From contig LFRU01000095.1 of the NCBI GenBank assembly GCA_001512495.1, positions 9,480 to 73,479 of the forward strand: a stretch of 64,000 bases of DNA, written 5' to 3'. This DNA is from Syntrophothermus sp. DTU052. GTDB lineage: Bacteria > Bacillota > Syntrophomonadia > Syntrophomonadales > DTU052. The notes below the pieces were generated by a model. That model ran no database searches. It was not told the DNA's origin and worked only from the letters and a program-made list of their open reading frames with translations. Made by a program: the position numbers and the translations under genes. Numbering within the stretch: the first letter of the stretch is position 1; every line of letters starts with the position of its first letter. Below, one piece after another: positions 55,540-64,000 of this stretch.

Positions 55540-56053
55540 ACAAGAGTTGAAAGCTGTAATTGAAGCCATCCTCTTCGTACGGGCCGAGGCGGTTTCGGTG
55601 GAGGAGATAGCGCGGATTACCGGTGCTTCAAAAGGGGATGTCTTAACCATATTGACCGAGCTCACTCTGGAGTATAATGAAAGGAAGAGCGGTATTGAGA
55701 TTGTGTCCGGTGACGCCGGATTCCTCATGTGCACCCGTCCTGAATACTATGAGTATGTGAGGGAATCCGGAGCTACACAGGCAGCCCGGCTGTCGCAGGG
55801 TGTGCTGGAGACCCTGGCGATCATCGCTTACCGCCAGCCTGTTACCAGGGCCGAGGTGGAAGCGGTACGCGGGGTCAGAGCGGACCGGGCCCTGCAATCG
55901 CTGCAGAAGCGGGGTTTGATTCAGGAAGTGGGAAGGAAGAATGCGCCGGGAAGGCCTGTGATGTACGGTACCACCGAAGAGTTCCTGAAGTTGTTCGGCT
56001 TAACCAGCCTGCAAGATCTGCCTGCAGTACTCGAGGAGGGCAATGATGACTAA
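55529..56053 (+). CDS. scpB: segregation and condensation protein B
   Basis: LKAVIEAILFV...LETLAIIAYRQPVTRAEVEAVRGV. Overlaps scpA. Confidence 0.9.
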   Translation: MLIRQELKAVIEAILFVRAEAVSVEEIARITGASKGDVLTILTELTLEYNERKSGIEIVSGDAGFLMCTRPEYYEYVRESGATQAARLSQGVLETLAIIAYRQPVTRAEVEAVRGVRADRALQSLQKRGLIQEVGRKNAPGRPVMYGTTEEFLKLFGLTSLQDLPAVLEEGNDD

Positions 56054-56585
56054 GTCTTTGGAAGAGGAGATCAAGATAAAGGCGGCCCAGGTCCGGGGCA
56101 CAGCCAAATACATGGCCAGCATGGAAGACCTGGTAGAAGAGAAGATACGCAAGGCCATGGAAAGCGGGTCTTTTGACAATCTGGAGGGAAAAGGAAAACC
56201 GCTGAACCTGCAGGAGAACCCCTTTGAACCACCGGATATGCGTATGGTCAATAAGATTCTCAAGGACGCCGGGTTTTCGCCCTACTGGATGGAGCTGGGC
56301 AAAGATGTAGACGCTGCAATCGAGAAATTCTGGAAAGAGGTTGACAAGTTCATAGCCCGGCAGCGGATCAAGGGGGACGCCAATAAGAAAAACCCACATA
56401 TGTCCCAGAAGAGGTTGGAGCAATTCTTAAAGGAATCAGAGGAAAGGCTTAAAGATATCAACCGCATGATTGACAACTTCAACTGTCACTGCCCTATGTG
56501 GTGGCTGGGACGGGGCCGGTTAAACATTAATCAGGAAATGGCCAAAGCCAGGGAGAGGATTTACGAATCAATAACGGATCAATAA
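56043..56585 (+). CDS. DnaJ-family DUF1992 domain protein
   Basis: IRKAMESGSFDNLEGKGKPLNL signature. Confidence 0.65.
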   Translation: MMTKSLEEEIKIKAAQVRGTAKYMASMEDLVEEKIRKAMESGSFDNLEGKGKPLNLQENPFEPPDMRMVNKILKDAGFSPYWMELGKDVDAAIEKFWKEVDKFIARQRIKGDANKKNPHMSQKRLEQFLKESEERLKDINRMIDNFNCHCPMWWLGRGRLNINQEMAKARERIYESITDQ

Positions 56586-56834
56586 AGGCGCCGGCGCGTA
56601 CGGATCCCTATTATGGATGGCGAATATGGATTCAAAGCAAAATCTTCGTTGCCGGAAGGGTATTACGAAAAACCTTAAATTTTTAGTGAAACTATCGTGA
56701 TACATGAGCAGGCTGATGTATAATAAAAAAGATGTATCTTATTCAAGTTCGGGTTTGGGACCTGAACTCAATGATCAAGGGAGATTGCACATCACCATGA
56801 TGTGTAAATCAATTTTATGAAAGGGAGGACAAGG

Positions 56835-58022
56835 ATGAGAAAGGGTGTTTTGAAAAGGCTGTCGGTTTTGGTACTAATGGTGTTTGTCCTCGGCATTGCT
56901 GTTGGTTGTGGGGGAGGAGCCCAGAATGCCGGTGACGAGGACAAGGGTGGTGAAATCAAGGTCGGTCTCAACGTTGAACTGTCTGGCGGTGTTGCCAGCT
57001 ACGGGACAAACTGCCGGGATGGCGCAATGCTGGCTATCGAAGAGATCAACGCGGCTGGCGGGGTGCTCGGGAAACAGCTCAACCCGATCGTAAGAGACTG
57101 CAAATCCCTGGCCGATGAAGCCATGAGTGTTAGTGCGGCTCTGGTTGATGAGGGGATCGTAGCCCAGATCGGCCCGCTAGTCAGTGGTAATGTGCAGGGG
57201 AGTACTCCGGTTATGATGGATAATGGCATTCCGCTTATTGCGCCGGCTGCTACCGCCCCCAACGTAACCGTGGATGAGAAGACCGGGGAAACCTTGAATT
57301 CTATATTCAGGGTATGCTTCATTGACCCCTTCCAGGGAACCTTGATGGCTGAGTTTGCAGCCGACAATCTGGGAGCCAAGACGGCGGCCATCTACAAGGA
57401 CGCCTCAACCGACTATGGTAAGGGCCTGGCAGAATACTTCAAGAAGACCTTTGAGGCCAAGGGCGGTACCATTGTAGCCGAAGAAGGTTTTGTCAAGGAT
57501 GACCGTGACTTTAAAGCAGCTCTGACCAGAATCAGAGGCAAGAACCCGGACTTCATTTATGTGCCTGGTTATTATCAGGAGGTAGCTCCCCTGGTCAAGC
57601 AGGCTCGTGAACTGGGCATAACCGCTCCCATGGGTGGTGGAGACGGATGGGACTCCCCGGACATGGTATCGGTAGCCACCGCCCCGAATCTCAACAATAC
57701 TTACTTTACCAACCACTATTCTTCCCAGGATAAGGATCCCAAGATTGTGGCTTTTGTGGAGGCCTATAAGGCTAAGTATAACAAGGAACCTGATGCGTTT
57801 GCCGCCCTGGGTTACGATGCCGTACAACTGCTGGCACAGGCCATTAAAGATGCCAACAGCGCAGAACCGGCAGCAATAACCGAAGCTTTGGCCAAGATTA
57901 AGGACTTCGAGGGAATAACCGGTAAGATGACCATTGATGAACAGCACAACCCGGTTAAAGCAGGTGTTATAATAGAGTTCAAAGACGGTAACCAGGTAAT
58001 GAATACCCGGATCCAGCCTTAA
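56835..58022 (+). CDS. branched-chain amino acid ABC transporter substrate-binding lipoprotein
   Basis: Lipobox AVGC, then a LivJ/K-type periplasmic binding fold. SD AAGGGAGGA precedes ATG 56835. Confidence 0.85.
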   Translation: MRKGVLKRLSVLVLMVFVLGIAVGCGGGAQNAGDEDKGGEIKVGLNVELSGGVASYGTNCRDGAMLAIEEINAAGGVLGKQLNPIVRDCKSLADEAMSVSAALVDEGIVAQIGPLVSGNVQGSTPVMMDNGIPLIAPAATAPNVTVDEKTGETLNSIFRVCFIDPFQGTLMAEFAADNLGAKTAAIYKDASTDYGKGLAEYFKKTFEAKGGTIVAEEGFVKDDRDFKAALTRIRGKNPDFIYVPGYYQEVAPLVKQARELGITAPMGGGDGWDSPDMVSVATAPNLNNTYFTNHYSSQDKDPKIVAFVEAYKAKYNKEPDAFAALGYDAVQLLAQAIKDANSAEPAAITEALAKIKDFEGITGKMTIDEQHNPVKAGVIIEFKDGNQVMNTRIQP

Positions 58023-58031
58023 TAGCAAGAG

Positions 58032-58065
58032 ATGGCAACTGGAGAAGCCCTTCTCCAGTTGCCAT
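58032..58065 (+). other. long perfect hairpin between the binding-protein and permease genes
   Basis: ATGGCAACTGGAGAAG / CTTCTCCAGTTGCCAT: about a 14-16-bp stem with no clear T-run. Confidence 0.7.
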
Positions 58066-58094
58066 TTACCGTTAACAAAGGGGAAGTAGCCATC

Positions 58095-58976
58095 ATGCTC
58101 GAATTTGTGCAACAATTGGTGAATGGTTTATCTCTAGGGGCCATATACGCATTGATTGCCCTGGGCTACACCATGGTCTATGGAATCATAATGCTGATAA
58201 ATTTTGCTCATGGCGACATAATGATGGTTGGTGCCTTCGTGGGCTTTTATTCAATCACACTACTGGGTACTAACATTGTGATGGCCATGATATTTGCCAT
58301 GATAGCCTGTGCGGTTTTGGGAGTTGTTATTGAGAAGGTTGCATATCGTCCCCTGCGCGGATCTACCCGTATAGCGGCGTTGATAACAGCCATTGGTATG
58401 TCACTCTTTCTGGAGTACATGACAATATTTCTGTTGGGGCCCCAGCAAAAGGTTTTTCCCCATTCAGCTTTTCCGCTTAAAGAGTATAATGCCATGGGAC
58501 TGCTTATAACCAACAAAGACATCTTTATTATCGTATCCGCCGTGGTTCTGATGATCATACTCCAGTACATCATTAAGATGACCAAGACCGGAAAGGCCAT
58601 GCGTGCGGTGTCGGTTGATCGGGAAGCAGCAGTCTTGATGGGTATAAGTGTGGACAAAACCATCTCCATAACCTTCGCCATCGGTTCAGCTCTGGCGGCA
58701 GCCGCAGGGGTTATGGTGGGTGTTTATTACAATACAATCAACCCCTTGATGGGAATCATTCCAGGCTTAAAGGCCTTTGTCGCAGCGGTGCTGGGAGGAA
58801 TAGGAATTGTTCCGGGAGCCATGGTGGGGGGATTTGTAATGGGTATCTTGGAGACTTTCGTCAGCGGATACGGCAGCAGTCTCTACCGTGATGCAGTGGC
58901 TTTCGGCGTACTTATTCTGATCCTCTTGATAAAGCCCACAGGACTTTTCGGCAAGGATACCGGCGAAAAAGTGTAG
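58095..58976 (+). CDS. livH: branched-chain amino acid ABC transporter permease (LivH-type)
   Basis: MLEFVQQLVNGLSLGAIYALIALGYTMVYG is the canonical N-terminus. The track start 58032 runs through the hairpin. Confidence 0.9.
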   Translation: MLEFVQQLVNGLSLGAIYALIALGYTMVYGIIMLINFAHGDIMMVGAFVGFYSITLLGTNIVMAMIFAMIACAVLGVVIEKVAYRPLRGSTRIAALITAIGMSLFLEYMTIFLLGPQQKVFPHSAFPLKEYNAMGLLITNKDIFIIVSAVVLMIILQYIIKMTKTGKAMRAVSVDREAAVLMGISVDKTISITFAIGSALAAAAGVMVGVYYNTINPLMGIIPGLKAFVAAVLGGIGIVPGAMVGGFVMGILETFVSGYGSSLYRDAVAFGVLILILLIKPTGLFGKDTGEKV

Positions 58977-59936
58977 GTGAGCAAAATGCAAGAATCGAAG
59001 CACAAATGGATCCGGTTTTGTGGAGAGGTACTCATTCTGGTGGCTCTGTTCACTGCGGTTCAATATGCAATAACTGCCGGATTGCTTAATATGTACTACC
59101 AGATTAACCTGACCTCCATGTGTATTAATATTATCCTGGCAGTCAGTTTGAACCTGATAAACGGCTTTACCGGGCAGTTATCCCTGGGGCATGCGGGCTT
59201 TATGGCCGTAGGTGCATATTCGGCAGTAATAATGACCCAGTTCCTGGGACAGCCGTTTGCGATCGGTATTATTGCAGCCTGTGTGGCGGCTGCGATCGCC
59301 GGATTTATCATTGGAGTGCCGACATTAAGGCTGAAAGGAGACTACCTGGCGATTGCTACCCTGGCTTTTGGAGAGATCATCCGGGTGGTCTTAATGAATA
59401 TCGATTATGTGAACGGCCCGGCCGGCGTAGTCGGGATAAGCAAGCTTACCACCTGGCCTGTGCTTTACTGGTCTATGATAATCACCATTCTGGTGGTGGT
59501 GAACCTGATTAACTCCAGTTACGGCCGCGCGATCGTGTCCGTTCGCGAGGATGAGGTGGCGGCAGAATTAATGGGCATTAATACCACCAGGTACAAGGTA
59601 ATAGCATTTGTTATCGGGGCTATGTTTGCCGGACTGGCCGGGGCTCTCTATGCGCATTTCTTCTATATAATAAAACCGGAGACCTTCAACTTCCTGAAAT
59701 CGTTTGACATTCTGGTTATGGTTGTTTTGGGCGGCCTTGGCAGCACCACCGGGGCTATCATAGCCGCCATCTTCATTACGGCATTGACGGCAGCACTGCA
59801 GTCGTTCCCGGCCATAAGGATGATCCTTTATGCGTTGATCCTGATTATTGTAATGATCTACCGCCCCCAGGGCTTGATGGGTAATAAAGAGTTTAGCAGA
59901 GAGACGTTTAACAGGATTTGGGGTGGAAGAAAATGA
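58977..59936 (+). CDS. livM: branched-chain amino acid ABC transporter permease (LivM-type)
   Basis: Polytopic, with the GQLSLGHAGFMAVGAY motif. Confidence 0.9.
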   Translation: MSKMQESKHKWIRFCGEVLILVALFTAVQYAITAGLLNMYYQINLTSMCINIILAVSLNLINGFTGQLSLGHAGFMAVGAYSAVIMTQFLGQPFAIGIIAACVAAAIAGFIIGVPTLRLKGDYLAIATLAFGEIIRVVLMNIDYVNGPAGVVGISKLTTWPVLYWSMIITILVVVNLINSSYGRAIVSVREDEVAAELMGINTTRYKVIAFVIGAMFAGLAGALYAHFFYIIKPETFNFLKSFDILVMVVLGGLGSTTGAIIAAIFITALTAALQSFPAIRMILYALILIIVMIYRPQGLMGNKEFSRETFNRIWGGRK

Positions 59937-60700
59937 TCCTGCTGGAAATCAAGAAACTGAACAAATCATTTGGGGGCTTGAGCGCAGTACTTGATTTTGA
60001 TTTTTACCTGAAACCAAAGGAACTGGTCGGGCTTATCGGTCCCAATGGCGCAGGCAAGACCACGGTTTTTAACCTGATAACCGGGGTATATAAGCCGGAT
60101 TCGGGATCTATCATTTTTAACGGCAGGGAGATTGCCGGTCTGGCACCCTATAATATATGCGCCCGGGGCATCGCTCGTACTTTTCAGAATATACGGCTCT
60201 TTAACGACCTGACCGTCCTGGACAATGTAAAGATAGCCGCCCACAAGAATGTACCCTATGGGTTCTTGAGCACCATTTTTAGAACCCCGGGTTTTTTCAG
60301 CGGCGAAAAGCAAATCGAACAGGATGCATTGAGGTTTTTAGAGATTTTTAAGCTGGAGAACAAGAAGCATGAACTGGCTAAAAACCTGCCTTATGGGGAA
60401 CAACGACGCCTGGAGATTGCCCGGGCTATGGCGACCCAACCAACGCTGCTCATTCTCGATGAGCCGGCGGCGGGTATGAATCCTCAGGAAACCAGGGAGT
60501 TAATGATGCTGATTGAACAGATCAGAGAGGAATTCAATTTAACCATTCTCTTAATTGAACACGATATGTCCCTGGTTATGGGAGTCTGTGAACGCATTTA
60601 CGTCCTGGATTACGGGCAGATCATTGCCGAAGGCCTGCCCGAAGAAATCAGGAACAACAAGGAGGTTATCGAAGCTTATTTGGGAGAGGAGGTTGTTTGA
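59933..60700 (+). CDS. livG: ABC transporter ATP-binding protein (LivG-type)
   Basis: Walker A GPNGAGKTT, signature YGEQRRLEIA, Walker B LLILDEPAAG. ATGA overlap with livM. Confidence 0.9.
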   Translation: MILLEIKKLNKSFGGLSAVLDFDFYLKPKELVGLIGPNGAGKTTVFNLITGVYKPDSGSIIFNGREIAGLAPYNICARGIARTFQNIRLFNDLTVLDNVKIAAHKNVPYGFLSTIFRTPGFFSGEKQIEQDALRFLEIFKLENKKHELAKNLPYGEQRRLEIARAMATQPTLLILDEPAAGMNPQETRELMMLIEQIREEFNLTILLIEHDMSLVMGVCERIYVLDYGQIIAEGLPEEIRNNKEVIEAYLGEEVV

Positions 60701-61405
60701 GTGCTTCAGGTTAAGGAGATCGATGTATACTACGGTGCCATTCATGCTCTGAAAAAGCTGTCCCTAGAAGTGGAACAGGGCAAGATCGTCACCCTGATCG
60801 GAGCCAACGGAGCCGGCAAGACCACCACTCTCAAAACCATCTCCGGCCTGCTCAGGCCGGTAAGCGGAACGATAACCTACAAAGGTGTGGATTTAACCAA
60901 GGTGCTCCCTGAAAAAATCGTGGCTTTGGGGATTTCACAGGTTCCCGAAGGACGCAGGGTTTTTGCCCCGATGACGGTGATGGAAAACCTGGAGATGGGG
61001 GCCTACCTGCGCAAAGATAAAAAAGAAGTACAGCAGGACATGGAGCTTGTTTTTGAACGCTTCCCCCGCCTGAAGGAACGGCGCAGGCAGTTGGCCGGGA
61101 CTTTGAGCGGCGGTGAGCAGCAGATGCTGGCAATAGGGCGCGCTCTTATGGCCAGGCCCGAACTCATGCTGATGGATGAACCATCTATGGGACTGGCTCC
61201 GCTCCTGGTTAGGGAGATTTTTCAGATAATCAAGGACATCAACTCCCGCGGAACCACGATTCTGCTGGTAGAGCAGAACGCTCACATGGCATTGTCCATT
61301 GCCCACAAAGCATACGTGGTCGAGACCGGGGCCATCGTTCTGGAGGGCTCTCCGGAGCAGCTTATGAAGAGTGAAGAAGTCAAGAAAGCCTACTTGGGCG
61401 GCTAA
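60701..61405 (+). CDS. livF: ABC transporter ATP-binding protein (LivF-type)
   Basis: Walker A GANGAGKTT, signature SGGEQQML, Walker B LMLMDEPS. Confidence 0.9.
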   Translation: MLQVKEIDVYYGAIHALKKLSLEVEQGKIVTLIGANGAGKTTTLKTISGLLRPVSGTITYKGVDLTKVLPEKIVALGISQVPEGRRVFAPMTVMENLEMGAYLRKDKKEVQQDMELVFERFPRLKERRRQLAGTLSGGEQQMLAIGRALMARPELMLMDEPSMGLAPLLVREIFQIIKDINSRGTTILLVEQNAHMALSIAHKAYVVETGAIVLEGSPEQLMKSEEVKKAYLGG

Positions 61406-61444
61406 ATAAAGCTGGCGGTAGATTATGGAGGAGGGATAGGAAGA

Positions 61445-62113
61445 ATGAAGGTAAAAAACCGGATGTCGGAAAACCCCCATACAGTGACATTGGATACCAG
61501 TATCCACGAAGCAATGTCGATGATGAAGAACAATAGTATACGCCGCTTACCGATTGTTGATAATAACAGGGTAGTCGGCATTGTCACCGTTTCAGACCTT
61601 AATCGAGCCAGCCCGTCTTCAGCAACGACTCTCAGCAAACATGAGCTCAAGTATCTCCTGGCGCGGACGAAAATAAGAGATATTCTCCCCAAGAACCAAC
61701 AGGTAATCACCATTGGTCCCGAAAACTACATTGAGACGGCGGCCAGGATAATGCGTGAGAACAAGGTCAGCGGTCTACCGGTAATCGATGAAAGCGGCCA
61801 ACTGGTAGGAATAATAACTGAAACTGATATCTTCGATGCCTTGATTGATGTCCTGGGCGTTACCAGGGTCCACAGTCGGATTGACTTCTATACCGTCGAC
61901 CGCCCGGGTACGGTGGCTGAAATCACCACCATGATTGCCGAGAAAGGCAAAAACATAATAAACCTCGTAGCTTTCTACGATAAAAAGAGGGATATGTATA
62001 AGATGGTGATCCGTCTGGAGGAACTGGACTGTCAGGATGTAGTCGACGCCCTGAAAGAACGGAGCCTCGAGGTGGAGTCGGTCATAATCAAGCAGGAAGG
62101 CGCAGACTGGTAA
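61445..62113 (+). CDS. CBS pair plus ACT domain protein (AcuB-like)
   Basis: Two CBS motifs (IRRLPIVDNNRVVGIVT, VSGLPVIDESGQLVGIIT) followed by an ACT-like C-terminus. Confidence 0.7.
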   Translation: MKVKNRMSENPHTVTLDTSIHEAMSMMKNNSIRRLPIVDNNRVVGIVTVSDLNRASPSSATTLSKHELKYLLARTKIRDILPKNQQVITIGPENYIETAARIMRENKVSGLPVIDESGQLVGIITETDIFDALIDVLGVTRVHSRIDFYTVDRPGTVAEITTMIAEKGKNIINLVAFYDKKRDMYKMVIRLEELDCQDVVDALKERSLEVESVIIKQEGADW

Positions 62114-62144
62114 GCTGTTAGCTCCCAAAAAGACAGCTTTAACG

Positions 62145-62183
62145 GCTGTCCCCGATCCCGGAAGGACGAGGGACAGCTTTTTT
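62145..62183. terminator. hairpin terminator between convergent genes
   Basis: GCTGTCCC...GGGACAGC stem followed by TTTTTT. Confidence 0.7.
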
Positions 62184-62280
62184 ATGGCGGTTGGAGCTGC
62201 AAATACCTTGGCGGATCTTTGCAGAGCCGAGAAATACCCTTAGATGCATAAATCCGGGCAGGAGGTCCCTGCGGATCAGA

Positions 62281-63591
62281 TCACCCGGCAATCAGATTCG
62301 GCAGGAACAGGGCGATCTGCGGGAATATCATAATCAGGACCAGACAGACTATAATCGCCAACAGAAAAGGCCAGACCCCCTTGAACATTGTTTCCAGCGG
62401 TATATCCGGTACTACGCCTTTAAGGATGTAGATGTTCATCCCCACCGGCGGGGTTATTACCCCCATAGCCACCACCAAAACGATGATCACCCCGAACCAG
62501 ATCGGGTCATATCCCAGGGTATCAACAGCTATGGGGTAAAAGATGGGGATGGTCAGCAGTATCATGGCCAGGGCATCAATAAAGCATCCCAGGATCAAAT
62601 AGATGAACAGGATAACGGCCATCACCATAAAGGCCGGCAGATCAAGCGAGGCTGTCCAGGAAGCCAGCTCAAAAGGTATTCTGCTCACGGCCATAAAGCG
62701 GCCGAAAATAACTGAGCCCGCAATTAAGAGCATGATCATGGCTGTGGTTCTAGTGGTGTCATAAAGGGAATTCTTAAAACCATCCCAGTTAATTGCTCTC
62801 CCGATTAAAGCTACCAGCAGGACCCCGGCGGCTCCGACTGCGCCTGCTTCCGTGGCCGTAAACCAGCCCGCGAAGAGGCCGCCCATCGATATGGCGAATA
62901 CTACCAGGACCTCGCCCAATCCGCCCTTCAGGCTATCAAGTCTTTCTTTCCAACTGAACCTGGGACCGGCGGGAGCAAGGGCGGGATTCATTCGGGTAAG
63001 GACCATAATGGTCAGCTGATAAAGCGCCATCAAGAGAATACCGGGGAGTATTCCCGCAATAAACAGTCTGCCGATTGACTGTTCGGTGGCCATACCATAA
63101 ACGATGAATATTACACTGGGAGGAATCAATACCCCCAGTACCCCTCCGGACCCGACGCTGGCCGTAGCCAGAGAGTTATCATACTTGTATTTCCTCATTT
63201 CCGGAAGGGCGATGGCTCCCATGGTCGCGGCAGTAGCCGTATTGGAACCGCAGATGGCCCCAAATGCACCACAGGCAAACTGGGTGGCGATAGCCAATCC
63301 TCCCGTCCAGTGTCCCATCAGCCTATAAGCAAAAGTATACAGTCGGGTTCCAATTCCGGAGTAATAGGCCAGAAATCCCATCCAGCAGAACATGGCAATT
63401 ACGCTAAGGCTGTAAGAGGAAAAACTGCTGAAAATCTCTCGTACCACCATAGTCATGGCCGTTGAGGTGGAGGTCATGTAACTGAACCCGACAAAGCCTA
63501 CCAGGGCCATCGCGAAGGCGATCGGCATCCGCAGAATTATAAGCAAGAAGAAGAACAGTATTCCGATCAAACCTATGGTCAGAGAACTCAT
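62281..63591 (-). CDS. dctM: TRAP transporter large permease (DctM family)
   Basis: 436-aa polytopic protein with a typical DctM N-terminus and length. Overlaps the upstream small permease gene by 4 nt. Confidence 0.85.
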   Translation of the reverse strand: MSSLTIGLIGILFFFLLIILRMPIAFAMALVGFVGFSYMTSTSTAMTMVVREIFSSFSSYSLSVIAMFCWMGFLAYYSGIGTRLYTFAYRLMGHWTGGLAIATQFACGAFGAICGSNTATAATMGAIALPEMRKYKYDNSLATASVGSGGVLGVLIPPSVIFIVYGMATEQSIGRLFIAGILPGILLMALYQLTIMVLTRMNPALAPAGPRFSWKERLDSLKGGLGEVLVVFAISMGGLFAGWFTATEAGAVGAAGVLLVALIGRAINWDGFKNSLYDTTRTTAMIMLLIAGSVIFGRFMAVSRIPFELASWTASLDLPAFMVMAVILFIYLILGCFIDALAMILLTIPIFYPIAVDTLGYDPIWFGVIIVLVVAMGVITPPVGMNIYILKGVVPDIPLETMFKGVWPFLLAIIVCLVLIMIFPQIALFLPNLIAG

Positions 63592-64000
63592 ATTACCAGC
63601 TTCCTAACCGTATTCAAAAGTCTATACAGTACAACCACCGCCAGTGCCAACAGGCCGCCTCCTATGATTCCCAAAACCGGTGCCATGGGAATCTGGGTGG
63701 TGGGGAACACCGTACCGGTTGCATACATGGTTGCGGCATACTCAAACATGAAGACTGCTGCAATTACCCAGAAAATAAATGATGCGAAGTTGGTAAGGGT
63801 ATCAAATAATCCTCCCACCTTAATGGGCAGCTTATCAATGAACAGATCTATGGCAATATGCCCGTTGCGAATCGCGCAATTGGCCAAGGCCAGGGCAATA
63901 GTCAATGCGGTCAATATCATAACGTAATCCATAATACCGGTTAAAGGATGCTTGAACACGCTGCGGAGGATTATGTTGAGCACCACCACTGACATGGTCA
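63588..64000 (-). CDS. dctQ: TRAP transporter small permease (DctQ family), probably truncated by the window edge
   Basis: Hydrophobic 4-TM-type protein directly upstream of dctM. The ORF may continue past position 64000. Confidence 0.7.
   Translation of the reverse strand, partial: TMSVVVLNIILRSVFKHPLTGIMDYVMILTALTIALALANCAIRNGHIAIDLFIDKLPIKVGGLFDTLTNFASFIFWVIAAVFMFEYAATMYATGTVFPTTQIPMAPVLGIIGGGLLALAVVVLYRLLNTVRKLVI

Noticed and set aside
56586-56834. T-box or CodY-box regulation of the Liv-type transporter. Candidates were AAATTTTTAGTGAAAC and the small palindrome CACATCA-CCA-TGATGTG.
   Set aside because: The CodY-like site has about 5 mismatches to AATTTTCWGAAAATT. There is no T-box specifier or antiterminator architecture. 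The palindrome alone is not diagnostic.
1-64000. CRISPR arrays, rRNA/tRNA genes, IS elements or prophage remnants anywhere in the window.
   Set aside because: All intergenic regions are under 450 nt, and I saw no regularly spaced repeats or transposase/integrase-like ORFs. This was a visual scan only, so short or degenerate elements could have been missed.

Overview
This looks like a chromosomal core region of an endospore-forming Firmicute of the Clostridia type, roughly 50-55% GC by eye. It is densely coding. I saw no transposase, phage genes, CRISPR array, tRNA or rRNA.

Left part: an EF-G paralog is followed by a ~560-nt ORF-poor structured RNA. I call it OLE RNA because an 11-bp helix closes its two ends and because its neighbourhood is the canonical one: oapA-like membrane protein, dxs, tlyA, nadK, ytqB/mnmM-like methylase, argR, recN. 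spoIVB and spo0A follow.

Middle: a tightly overlapped block steA, steB, GT2, MraY-like transferase, M20 peptidase, DUF3866. Then come nudF, an EndoQ-like protein, spoIIM, xerD, deoB, pdp, dacF and spoIIAA-spoIIAB-sigF.

Top candidate for an undescribed system: a ~5.2-kb divergently organised glycosylation/methylation island lies between sigF and a reduced spoVA locus (spoVAD plus a soluble SpoVAEa-like protein only). It has two GT2 genes, two signal-peptide-less DNRLRE/CBM96-like paralogs (one fused to a methyltransferase-like domain) and a sugar epimerase. Sigma-K-type promoter matches sit in its divergent intergenic region. I interpret it as spore-surface glycan or glycoprotein modification.

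Right part: a split DUF2229/activase trio, TrpB2, an orphan patatin, lysA, a Na/Pi-PhoU transporter, htpG and an SLH-anchored repeat protein. Then DUF2889, a DHH-CBS-poly(A) polymerase-family fusion, an M50 protease, scpA/scpB and DUF1992. Last come a Liv-type ABC transporter, a CBS-ACT protein and TRAP permease genes.

All product names come from by-eye motif and synteny recognition. No database search or RNA-folding computation was run.
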